64,000 nucleotides of DNA, from assembly GCF_009834535.1 (NCBI RefSeq), contig NC_045697.1, forward strand, positions 67,086,001 through 67,150,000. Direction: 5' to 3'. The translations under genes were made by a program, and so were the position numbers. The notes under the pieces are model-generated. The model did not search any database. It saw nothing but the letters and a program-made list of their open reading frames with translations, and had not been told where the DNA came from. This DNA comes from Camelus ferus. Taxonomy: Eukaryota. This document shows positions 38,551 to 50,685 of the stretch, one piece after another; the stretch's first letter is position 1; each line of letters opens with the position of its first letter.

Positions 38551-40567
38551 AATCCATCTTCACATCAGAGGCTATATTCTTTGCAGAACTTTGCAAAGCA
38601 CAGACTGAAGATATTTTTGTCATTTTAAAATATCAAGAATAAGAGTAATGATTCAAAAACATATTATTTAAAAAATGGAATCTAGCCTTTACAGGGGGAT
38701 AGAACCATCTCTTATCTCAAAAATCACAATTCTCTATATGATTTTCTTCCTTTTCTAGTCTAGAAAAATGAAATAATACCCTATACATGTCAATTCTATT
38801 CCTCTCTGCAAGACATAGAATAATGACTCCTTTAAGGAAGACTGGAGCAAAAATGTGTGTTTGCGCGTGTGTGTGCTTGTGTGCGTGTGTGTATTCAAGA
38901 GAAGTACTTTTAAAAGAGACATTTTAATTAACCCCAATTTTGTAGACAATGCAGAAACACCGGGGACTTAAGACACTCCTGACCTATAGCTTTTTAGTGA
39001 TAATGATGATAATAAATGAGGCTACATTCTCCAGACTAGAAATACTTGCCACAGGCACAATTTCTGAACAACTTGCTTCCCTCACTTCTCAGTGCCCCAT
39101 ATCAAGTAATAATGATGTCAAGCACAAGCACAGAAAACCAAGGGAACCAAATGAAAAAGATATAAAAGGAAATGAGTATAAATGAGGTTATGCAACTCTG
39201 GAGACATTTTGTAAAACTCAAATTTCAATGGAGATAGTTTAGAAATTGGAATGACCTTCAAGGTTGGTTCTGCAATGAGTATCTGTGTTTCCTGAACAAT
39301 TTTGGTGTTGTCTCTCAGGTTTTAATTAGCAATGGTGCCACCCTGAAAGGATTCTTAGCAATTTCTCTTAGACTCCAGGCCTTTTGCTCTCATTTTGAAG
39401 GTCTGCTTTCATTGTTCCTGCCATATAATTGATCTTAGCACAGTTGCTAATGCCAACAATCATCTAATTATCTTCAATGTAACATGGAGAATAAAAATAA
39501 GTTCCTCTGTAAAGCATATCACATACTTTATTTTTTAAATGCCTGATGGCTTTTCAGAAAAAGGGAAATAACCATATCGTTTTCTACACACTAAACTATT
39601 TCTTTATGTGTGACAGAAACGTTGATTTTGGCATTTTGCCTACACCAAGAAAATCGGTGCTTTGAAGGCAGTAAGTGACGGACTACTTACACAGAGCCTG
39701 TTATAATCTCTCACCCCCTACCTTCTTGGAAAAGCAGAATTCACAGTGGTTGGTCAGAACACTGTTTGGGGCTGGAATAGGCCAAAACCACTCAGAAGTT
39801 TCTAGAGCCAATTAAACACCTCTGATTTACTGATTTAATAAAGAAACTCTGTCTTCTGACCTCAAAGGGTCAATAAGAACAAACATCAATAAAAGGGAAA
39901 TGTTTTTATTGAAAACACAGGGAGATCAGGCACTAGGTTTCTGATGTGATTCTGTGATGCACTAATTTATCAGTGAAATGCTCGTGGTGGGTAACAACTC
40001 ATCAAGGAAAAGAGTAATCTCTGTTTCACAGCCTTGGAATTATGCTACTTAAATTTTTACAGACAGGTTAGAAGCCAAACTACTAAGTACACCAGGACTC
40101 TTGGGCACACTTTCAAAGAAACAATAGTTCTTTCTTTTATGTCATTGAAGTCAAACAGAAACTTGAAAAAAAAATTAAAGTAGAATCTTCTGCAGATAGC
40201 TGATCACACGAACAGACTCGAGTCTGTTCATTTCCTTTCTGCTGGACTGACAGGTGCTGGCGGACAGTTGAGGATTGATGAGGTCTAGTCTAACAGATTT
40301 GTCTTTTTACTTATTCAAAGAAATATCATGTCAAAAGACTTGATAGTTTAAGTGATGTAAATTATGCAAATAATTTGAAAGGTTTTTTTTAGAGCTATGA
40401 GATATACTTATTATCATAAAAGCAGGTACCAATTCTATAAAAATAAAAATTCATAAGAAAAGAATCAAATGGTCATATGTTAGAATAATCCTTTCCTGTT
40501 TGGTTGTGAGATTTTGCATGATTATTATGTCTTTCCTTATTATTATCATTTTTGAGCATTCCCTTAC

Positions 40568-40900
40568 TTTTCCCAACATTTTATTATGAATATTAATACA
40601 AACATACAGCAACGTTGAAGGAATTTTATACTAAATATCTATGAATCCACCACCTAGATTTTACTAGTAACTTTAAACACATTTCTATACACCTATCTAT
40701 TCCTCTATCAATCAATCTTATGTTTTGGATGCATTTCAAAGTAAATTACAGAACCCAGTACACTTTCCCCTAAATATTTAAGAATGTATATCATCAACTA
40801 GAGTTCAATATTTATTTAGATTTTTATGCAACATTTACACAAAATAGATTTCACACACACTAAATTAAAATTCACTATACTTCGACAAATGAATGCACCA
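40568..40900 (-). mobile_element. L1ME-type 3' end
   Basis: tcccaacattttattatgaa...caaacatacag...ccaccacctagatt...gatgcatttcaaagtaa...tatcatcaactagagttcaatattt. Confidence 0.8.
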
Positions 40901-40909
40901 AATCCTGAT

Positions 40910-41355
40910 TAAAATCCAAACCCTCTACACCAAGTATAAGCTGGCTCCAGGCTGTTTCTCTAACCACAACTCCAGTCCAACATCTCTAGCTCACTCATCT
41001 CCAGTTTCACCAGCCTTCTTTCTTTTTCTCACACGAGCTGAGCTCCTGTTACCTTCACAGCCTGTGCACAGGTTAATCCTTTTTTTGGCCCCTCCTCTTT
41101 CTTCAGCTGTCACTTTTAAATATCACCTCCTGAAAAATGCCCTTACTGCCTGCTCATGTAGATTATGTCTTCCCAGTTATGCTCTGTAGTCATTCTTACC
41201 AAAATTCAAATTACACATTTGTTTATATTTTCTTCATTTAATGTTTATGTGCTACACTGGACTACATGCTCCATGATGTGGGGCCTGATTCACTATGTCA
41301 TCTAACATAGTGAAACACAGCAGGCACCCAGCAGATAACTGCTAACCAAATGAAT
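40910..41355 (+). mobile_element. L2 3' region
   Basis: aaaatccaaacc...ctagctcactc...cagccttctttct...cactggactacatgctccatga...cacagcaggcaccca. Confidence 0.75.
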
Positions 41356-41484
41356 TATAGTCTCTGATTGCTCTTTCTTAGACACTAATTCATTCTGTAA
41401 TAATGAGCCATCTTATTTTTCAGCCAATTTGTATGTTTTTTTTTTTTCCTTCTTTAGACAGTAAGCCTTGGAGTTCCAGTGCAT

Positions 41485-41740
41485 ATCCATTCAATCGTAT
41501 GTGTTTACTAAGCACCTACTCTGCCCCAGACAATTAACTAAGCAATTAATAACAGGGGCATTTATTAGGGAGTGAGACAGAAATGTTTCTGACCTCATTC
41601 CATAAAGGAAAACAGGAAACAAAGAAATACACTACAGCCTGAAAAGTGCTTTGGGAATGAAAAAAGGGGTGCCTATCTTGGATCAGAGGAGTAGGAAAGA
41701 CTTGCCATTGAAAGTGGCCTGCAAGCTGAGGCTTAGAGTA
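41485..41740 (-). mobile_element. L2 3' end
   Basis: cattcaa...tttactaagcacctactctgccccagaca...aggaaagacttgcc...aagctgagg. Confidence 0.65.
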
Positions 41741-42622
41741 GATCTTAGCCTTACTATACTTCTTCTACACACTAAATTCAGGACCACCTTCTCTCTCATG
41801 TGTGAACTCCCTCTCACTTTTATCAACGTGGACTGTGGAGCACTTTTTCGCACACGGAGAAAGAGCTAGTAATAATAAGATGTCAGAGTGACTTTCACTT
41901 GGTTTATAGCAAGTAAAATCCAGGACAAGTTCAAAGCTATGACTATATTATCTTTCTCCCCATTGGTCCCCTTCTTGAATATCCCACAGTGACTGTGAAG
42001 TTTCAGCACAAAGAGCTTATTATTTTTCCACTCTGTGCACTGGAGTCTAGCTCCAGAATGTGAAAGCACATTGCAAGGGCCACAGAAGCACTGAAGTCTG
42101 TCCAAGCCCATTCCCTCCAACATTTGTTAACTTCTCTCAGAGTGTAGACACTCATCACAGGAGATTCTTGCTCTTGCAGAAAAATGTAAGACAGGAAATA
42201 GGACAGGTTGAATAAATTTTGCATGGCCCATATTTTCATTTAGTCCTTTCATTCTGTAAATGATTGGAGAATCCCATGTTTACTTGTGCTGACTGGTATG
42301 GTAAGCACCAACTGCAGAGACAGAGTGCAAGAAAGCAGCCAAACAGAAGATTTTTAAATGTTACAAGACTACTCAGTGGTCTTCCCAATTCTGATATCTC
42401 TTCCAGGTGAGATACTACTTTTCAGTGCAAAACACATTTGAATGACTGAATCCAGTTGGACAGAGAATTTGAAGTTCAATTTTGCATAACAGTAGATGGA
42501 AAAATTTAAATGTTGCATATAGATTACACTGATGTTTTTGACAATATTGAACAGTCACCTGTTTTTACTGTAAAGCTCATTATCCTCAATTAGAAAGTTA
42601 GTGTGACTATCTTTCAAATGTA

Positions 42623-43229
42623 TAGTCAGCTCTGCTATAACTCTCATTTTGAAAATGCAAATTCCCAAGAGGAAATAATTTGAGTGTGACACATATTTCC
42701 CATTTGATTATGCATTATTTTGCATGTGACAAACAACAGATGAACAAAGAAAACCACACTCAACTGTACTGGATACAAGGGAATTCACAAAATGCACACA
42801 TACACAAACACAGTGACCCTCAAACATCTACGGGCTCCTTCAGCTCACCACAGGTGAACATGTGTTAAGAACCACACCCATTCAAGTCTGGTGCTAGAGT
42901 TTCCTATCAGATTTCAGATAACCCTCCTTCTACCTCTTCACAATAACTCTCAAGCTACAACTGTTCCATAAGCAAACATCACATCTCTTTCAAGGTAAAA
43001 TCCATATTTATTGCAGCATTTATGTATTTCCTAACCATTTACACGAGTAAAACTATGCTACCGTTTTTATTAGGTTTCTATCTTTGCATGTGTGTGTGTC
43101 TAATTCAAGTTTTGAGTGTTATGCCCCAAACTCCTTTTTCCCATAAATGCCTGTGGTTTTTATTTCATGATTTTGCATAGAGAGCTGAATGTTAGGAACA
43201 TATATGTCGTGTTGTAGCAGAACTGATTG
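42623..43229 (-). mobile_element. Tigger (TcMar) non-autonomous element, Tigger9-like, with both TIRs
   Basis: TIRs tagtcagctctgctataac and gttgtagcagaactgattg (15/19 complementary), each flanked by TA (42621-42622 and 43230-43231). Confidence 0.85.
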
Positions 43230-46200
43230 TATAATTTCTCATTGTTATTTGTGTGATTTTTATGAATCACCTCTCCATAATTTAAAAGTGCTTTATGATA
43301 GTAAATGCAGATTTAACTTAAAATAATTTTTATTCTAACAATTTCCTGTGATTATGCATTTGCAAAATTGGTTAGTAATTAGGGATATAAGAAATTATAA
43401 TTTCTTTGATGGTAAAAAAATCCAAAGAGAAAATTAACTATAGGAATCATTAACTAGTGGACTAAAAAATATAACCCATAGTCTATTTCTCTAAAATTGA
43501 AAAAAAAAAACCTCCTCTATTACATAATAGTATCTTCAAAAAGTCCATGAATTTATTTTCTTGGAGGTGAACTCCAAAACTTTTTTGAAGCTAGAAAAGA
43601 TTCTTCAGGATAAGAAAGTGGGGGGAAAAACCCACAATTATGAAATTAAAGGCAAATTGTAACCACAATGATTGTTCAAATATTACACTGAATATTGCAA
43701 AGATATACAAATAACTACAGAAACAGCTTTGGATGAATAGCCTGGCTTTTGCTTGGGCATTTTTGAAGCATTCATCTTGCTAAAAATGTGAAGACTGATC
43801 ACTCATGACAAACGACTCTAGGTTGTTTCTGTTAATTAACTCTAAGAACAACTCAGACTTACATGGACACTGTCAAGCTACTAGGATAACAGAATATTTT
43901 ATCAGTATATACTAGAAGAGTGCTAACTGATCTAAAGCCAATAAAAATACAGTTACCCATCCAATTAATGATGGGTGCGTGGGGAGGTGTCCCCAAGAAA
44001 TTATGCTCTATTTTTCTAGAACACAGTCAATATTATCATCTTTAGAAATAATGATCTTTAACAGAATTTCATGGTTTATGTATTTTCTAGTGCCTATTTT
44101 CTATGAAGAATATATCATGGGACTTTCATAATGCTTCAGTGAAGGCAGGAAATATTTTTTGAAGTGCTCATACACTGAATAAACTGCTTTTAATCGGACT
44201 TGGATTTTTGCAAAAAAAACAACAACAGAAACAATGTAAAACGGCAGGTTTGCAACTTTCTCACAAAGGGAATAAAGGGGAAAAAGCTGACAGAGCAAAT
44301 CCAAACCAATTAAGCAGAACAGAAACCATTTTAAAGTGAATAAAAGCATGGCTGAACATCAAATATAGGTCTAATATTGATGTGAATAAATTATGCAGCT
44401 CTAATTGTGAAATTTACCTAAATGTATCATGTCAATTCTAATTTTTAATATTTTAAATAAAATATAAAAAATTCATAGTTAGATGGCCCTGAATATTTGA
44501 ACTGGTGGTATTTTATGACCATAGTTCTTTTTGTATAATCTAAAATTCTCAAGGATTCAAAAAATGCAGGAGATTTTTAATTATTAAGTTCAATATTTTT
44601 ATTTATTGAATATTCATAAATAATAGTATCATAAAAATGAGGAAATAAAAGCCTGTCTTTTTTCTGTGACATATTGTATTAAGAACTTGTAGCACTAGGA
44701 AAAAAAATTGAGAATTTTGAAGATGTGATAAAAAATCTTTAATAAATAAACAATATAGTACTTCTCTCCCACATAGAGATGGTAAAGCAAGAAACTATAA
44801 AATAAAATACTGAAAAATTCTGATTAGCATAGAGACCGCTGTATTTTGTAATGAATGGGTAGAGTAGATAATAAGAGCCAGTCCCATATAGAACTGCAAT
44901 TAGCTTCCCTGCAACATGGCAATTTAGCAAAGAAGTTGAATAAGCTGGAGCCAGTCACTGGAATGCTACAGGGTGAAGGTAAGGTCTCATGTGATACCCT
45001 ATGATTCTGTAATAAAAGCCAAAGCTCAACTAAGAAAACTTTGCTAAATTGTTTTACAGCATCAAAAGAAATAAAATAGAGTGGCAGGATCCTTATTAGA
45101 GCCTAGGACTTCAGAGTGATTCATTTCACAATTTAGATGGAGTTTATTTGGGTGTAGAAATAAACGCAGAGTTGCAGGTAAGCTTTGCAAATTCATGTTT
45201 CTAAATTCATTAATAATCCATCTGGATTTTCTTTTCTATCACTATAACAAAACCCATGGTAAAAGAAACTGCAACAAAAGAACTTCATTTACAGACAATG
45301 GGCACTGTTCGATTAAATCAGTTTTCGAGGAATCAACCAACATAACTAAGAAGTAAAATTTGTTCTGCCAGGGATTGCTCTATTTTTAACAAGTCATTTC
45401 TCTTGTGGATGGCCCCAGACTTGAACTTGAAGTTTCCGTGACCACTTTAAACTAATACTAGTGAAAAATCAAAATCATACCTCTCCTTCCTCTATTAAAA
45501 CAAAGCTCCCCCTCAAACCACATATCAGTAGTTAGCAGTGAAGATTAGAAGAACGAATTCTGGTAGCTCTGGAGTCAAGATTATTGAGAATAGATACCCT
45601 CTTAGTCAATAATTCAACCAGGTAAAAGTCTCTTTTTAAAAATATCTGTAAATGAAAGATCATAAAAATATATTTAAAAGTACAGTATAAAGAAAAATAT
45701 ATTACTTAAACCAGAAAAAAATACAATTTGTGAAAAATGCTGTTGACTTTTCACTGATAAATGATGAAAGCAAAAATATAGTTATCACTCAAACATCCTC
45801 AAGAGATAGGTATGTTCTTATTATCTGCATTTTGCATCTAAGGCATCTAGGCACACATTATCTGAGATGTGCTGGAATAGAAATGCTCACCATGTACACA
45901 GCTTCTAAAACAGCTGCTTTTATTGACTGATTGATTTGAAAATTTGCAAATAGCAGTTCTGGTTTCTGAAAATATTGTTTTCCAGAAGTGATCTACAGAT
46001 ATCTTCTCCTTTTATCATCCATAAACAGTGAGCAAAAAACTGAGGGCCATTATGTAGTACTAGGTCAACCCCAAATGCTGTCTTTCCTTCTCCCCAAGTG
46101 AAGACGATACAAGGTAGCTTTGTTTTTAATCCCTCAGTCCTCAAAAACTCCTAACAATAATTTCAGTCTCCTTCTACCCTGTCATGTAGTAAGAAAAAAA

Positions 46201-46656
46201 CTACATCCCTGGTGCACATCCAAGTTCACAGGCCAAGTTGAGCTTGTTTTTCTTTTATAGGCCCTTGCAATAAGCAGTCTGTTATAAACAGTCTTCCTCA
46301 TCAAGGCTGGCCCCAACAAATACAGATAAATAATGACACATACTAAGCTTCTAGAATGTAAAAGACTTATAAGCACGGCTGGCATGGATGACATGAGGAC
46401 TGGGTTCGGAGGCCATTCGAACCAGAAACTCCAGAAGAAAAATCGGAATCATTTAGCAAAAAGAAGAGTGTTAAGTGAGTTTTTGTTTTCTTTTTTTCCT
46501 CTTTTCCTTTTTTATATTTTAAGACAAAGTTTATTTAACACAACACACAAGCATCCCCTTAGTTATCTGATACGGTTAGAGTCATAGCTTCTGCTAGATG
46601 AAAGAGATACACTGTGAGACCCAAAGCAATTTTTATTTGAACTTTTTTTGAAGGCA

Positions 46657-46707
46657 ACTTTCCAAAAATATATCACATACTTCCCAAAAACATATCACAT
46701 ACTTCCC
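46657..46707 (+). repeat. 22-bp tandem duplication
   Basis: actttccaaaaatatatcacat / acttcccaaaaacatatcacat / acttccc. Confidence 0.9.
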
Positions 46708-46757
46708 TGTTAGTGCAATATGTTGAAAATGTAACTAAACCTTTTTTGATTATTTAA

Positions 46758-46869
46758 AGCATCATCCCCCAAAGTGCATTCTATGGAACGCTAGCTCTAG
46801 AAGGGGGATGTTAATGGCATTTCAGAGGGAAAAAAGTGTTCTGAGGTCAAATAAATTTAGGAGATGCTG
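46758..46869 (+). mobile_element. MER103C-like hAT-Charlie fragment
   Basis: cccaaagtgcattctatggaacgctag...ggatgttaat...aaaaaagtgttctgaggtcaaataaatttaggagatgctg. Confidence 0.7.
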
Positions 46870-48834
46870 ATGTCAACTTCGATTTTCTTAAAACTATGAA
46901 CATTCCCATTTTGACTGGCTAATTGGGTGGGAAACATAAACCCATATGTCAGAGTGTGTAGTGACCCTACAAGCACTAGAAATGGAATGTCAATCTCTTT
47001 CTTGTAATCTCATGGCACTGCTCCTTCACCAGCTCCTTACCAGAGGCTGAAATATTAGAAAGGGAAAGAGAAGGAGAGAGAGAGAAGGAGGAGAGGGCAA
47101 GCCAAGAGCTTTCACACCCATAATGCTAATTGTCCCCTCTCATTCACACTTCTCTCCTGCCTCCAGCTCTCTATGGTCACACAATTGGCCAACTGTTGCT
47201 GCTTCTGCTTTTTATTGGCATTTCTGCCACTTTCGTTCTTTGTTTGGCAAGATAGCTACCTTCAGTTACTTTTGTCTGTGTTGCTGTTTGGGGATTTAAA
47301 AATCACAGACAGGCTCACTGTTGTGCTATATGGACAGAGATGTCAGAAATAAAAGTAATGTGATAAATAAAGACACCAGGTTACAGATTATCTTCAGTGG
47401 GAGGTCACATATCTGTTGGATTTCCACCCCTCAGTCACTAGTATTAGAGAAGGGAATGAAAACAAACAAAAAAGAGGTAGCCAAGATGAACTAAGTCATA
47501 CATTTAAAAAAGTATTTTGCTCTCTAAATAGTGAGAAATTAAAACAAAACAGACTGTTTTTTCCTAACTCTCAATAGCAGGTTAGCAGTCATCATTCACA
47601 TCACTTACCATCAAGGGAGGATGTTAAAATCTCTCTCAATATTCTTACAATTATCTCAAATATTAGTATAATTTTAATAAATGAAGTCTGACTAGAAAAC
47701 GCTACTTATTTCTTTATAGGAAAAAGACAACAATGCATATACAGCTAATCTTATTTGCATACAAGTTTAAGGTGTTACACGTAGGTTTCTAGATGGCAGT
47801 AACGGTGATGGCTAAGAAGAGAAAATTAGAATTCCTTAAGACCTGATAGTAAAGAAAACAAAACACACACAAAAAGGAGAAGATTCCCAAAGTGCCTGAC
47901 TAGCATGGCATGCATGCCTCAGTGAACTTTTCAAAGGAGTTTGGGAAATGAAATTTAAAAAGCACTCATCAGCAAACATGGCTCTAACATGTTTTTCTTT
48001 AATAAATAAAACTTACACATAGTGCTTACATCACAGTTTTCATCTTCAAGGCATTTTACAAACACAAGTAATTTTTATAATACTTCTGAGAATTAACAAT
48101 GATAGTTTGCATTTATAAGGAGTCACTCATTTGAAAAATCTAAAAGAACTTGACAGAAATTAAATTTAAGCCATACTCAACTGATTTTAAAAAGGAGAAG
48201 AGGAATAAAAACATTAGAAACAAAACTGGTCAGGCCATTGGAAACAGACTTAGTAGAACATTAGAATGTAGAATTCCTGATGTCTACATTTAGTTTTTGA
48301 CCACACAGAAGCATTCCTTCATGGAGGCTGCTTACATTCAAGAGTGTTTGAGAAACTGGTTCAAAAATGGATGCAAAAGAGCTAGTTTCAATCTAAAGCC
48401 ACCAGACTTCCATTTTTTCATCGCATTTCCATCCACTTCCTGAACGGTCAAGTATGTCTATCTCCTTACTACCCGGCTTAATGGAAGGAAGCAATGGCAT
48501 TGCTAATGAAAGACATAATATAAAAATCATCCATACTGGACTTCAAATGAATTTATTACTCCCCTTATAGTAAATTTAAAACTGTGTGTTTCAAAAGATA
48601 ACACTGAATTGTTTCACATTTAATTAATGGTGAAAGAGAACTCCTTGGTTAGTGGTAAAAAATCTGTCCAGGGTGTTTTTTTTCTTGACTTGATATTTCA
48701 CTAATAAAGAAATTTCTACATTACTTTGGCCAGGCATTATTTGTTTAATATGCTAGTACTCAATTTTTATTTATCCAAATAACTCTACAGATCAATGTTT
48801 TAAAGACCTTATAAAAATAGGTATAAATTACTCT

Positions 48835-49020
48835 GTTTTATATATGTATTTTATTTAATTCTCACAGAAAATAATAAGTATCACTATCATCATTTTATGG
48901 ATGAATTAACTGAAGCACAGTCATGTTAACTTACTTAACTAAGATGTTAGATCTAGCAAATGGCACAGTCAGGATTCAACCCAAACAGTCTGTTTCAGGA
49001 GCTGGGCTCTGAAGCACTGT
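48835..49020 (-). mobile_element. MIR SINE
   Basis: atttaattctcaca...cattttatggatgaattaactgaagcacag...aaatggcacagtcaggattcaacccaaacagtctg. Confidence 0.8.
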
Positions 49021-49549
49021 TTCGGAATAAGTCAGTTATATGAAGCCAAATAGTATAGGAAACTGCCAAAACCAACAGATGCCCGGCAGGTAGATCAATG
49101 GCTAATCCCCGGCAGAGAAAAGAAAGGCAGCCTGGATAAGCAGAAAGGATCTTCAGCCGACTTCCATTCAAAAGTTCAGTTTGGAGAATGGCTTGTATAG
49201 TCTACCAAACACGTGACCCTATGCACTACGTCGCCTCTGGGGTCCCATTTACCTTAACTGTACAACAGAGGTAGAGAGAAAGAGACTGAATTACAAAGCC
49301 TTGGGTCCCTGCTGTTTTTAACAAAGTATGTTCTCTTCTGCCTCTAACATCTGCAGCTGGAAAGATTTTGGTGAGGTAAAATAATAGCTATCCTACAAAG
49401 AACAACTAGCCATGCATTCTGAATAATTAGTAGCATATGCAGACATGCATGTCCTCTATTTTTCTCTTAGAAGTCCCACGCATGAGTGTCGTGCACATAT
49501 ACAAATATATGCCACGTACAGCTTCCTGCTGTACTACTTATCACACTAA

Positions 49550-49992
49550 TAACTCAGCAGGTGTTTCCTAGGTTTAGGGCACACAATGATGAACAAGACA
49601 GTCCTTGCCCTCAAAGAGCTTACATTCCAGTGGAGGGAACATGTAAAGAAATGAGCTAACTGGAGAGAAAGCAAGTAGGAAGCTGGTGATATTTCAGTGG
49701 GACTGGTCAGGAAAGGGCTAGAAAATAAGAATAAGCATTCTGCTCTGAGAGTGTTCCCAGGAGAGGGAACAGCTGATCCAAGAGGTTTCAACTGGGAATC
49801 AGCTTGGACAGGCCAAGAGACAGCAAAGGGCCCAGCATGACAGAGCAAAAGGAGAACGGTACACGACCAGATTAGACGGGACACAGCCAGGCAGGGGCCA
49901 CTGAAAGATGAGAGAGGGCCTCAGAGGCTCGTTTTTTTTTTGGTGTTGTTGCTTCTCAAGTGTAACTGGAAGCTACTAAAGGGCAATAAGCG
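49550..49992 (-). mobile_element. L2 fragment
   Basis: gatgaacaagacagtccttgccctcaaagagcttacattccagtgg; gagtgttcccaggagagggaacagc; ggaagctactaaaggg. Confidence 0.8.
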
Positions 49993-50557
49993 ACCTATTT
50001 TTTTCTACTCACAGTATGAATCAGTGTTTGAGATTTTCTTTCCTTAAGACACCTTAACTTGCAAGAGATTCCTTTGAATGATCTAATGCTATCTGCCAAC
50101 CTAAATATACTTAGCTATTATATGACTGATCAAAGCAATTGGCTAATCTTACCCTTACCTGGCCTCGGTGGAATCTAGGATCTTTGAGAATTTAATAAAT
50201 GATTCCTCCTTTTGGAACTCACTGAAAATTTGATATTTATCAATGTTTTCCTTTTGTTATTTTATTCTTTATTTTTATTTATGCCTTTTAGAGATACAAT
50301 GTGAAAATGGATGTTTCTGAGTAGAATTATACCAATTTTAAGAGAGTATATAGCAAAGTTTATTTGGGCTATATATTTGTTGTTGTTTTAAATTATTGTT
50401 CTTTACTTGAGTTTCTGTGAGATTATTGAATTTTAAGTCTAAATGCTGACAGGATTTTACCTGTTCCTTCCTGTGTGAAACAAATGCTCTGTTTTTCACT
50501 AAAGATAAACTCAAGCTAGGTTTACAAAAATTTTTAGCTAAATAATGAATGTTTTTT

Positions 50558-50587
50558 TATATATATATATTTTTTAATATATATATA

Positions 50588-50619
<32 letters not shown>

Positions 50620-50622
50620 ATA

Positions 50623-50681
<59 letters not shown>
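50558..50681. repeat. Interrupted (TA)n microsatellite, including a pure (AT)25 at 50631-50680
   Basis: Direct reading. Confidence 0.97.
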
Positions 50682-50685
<4 letters not shown>

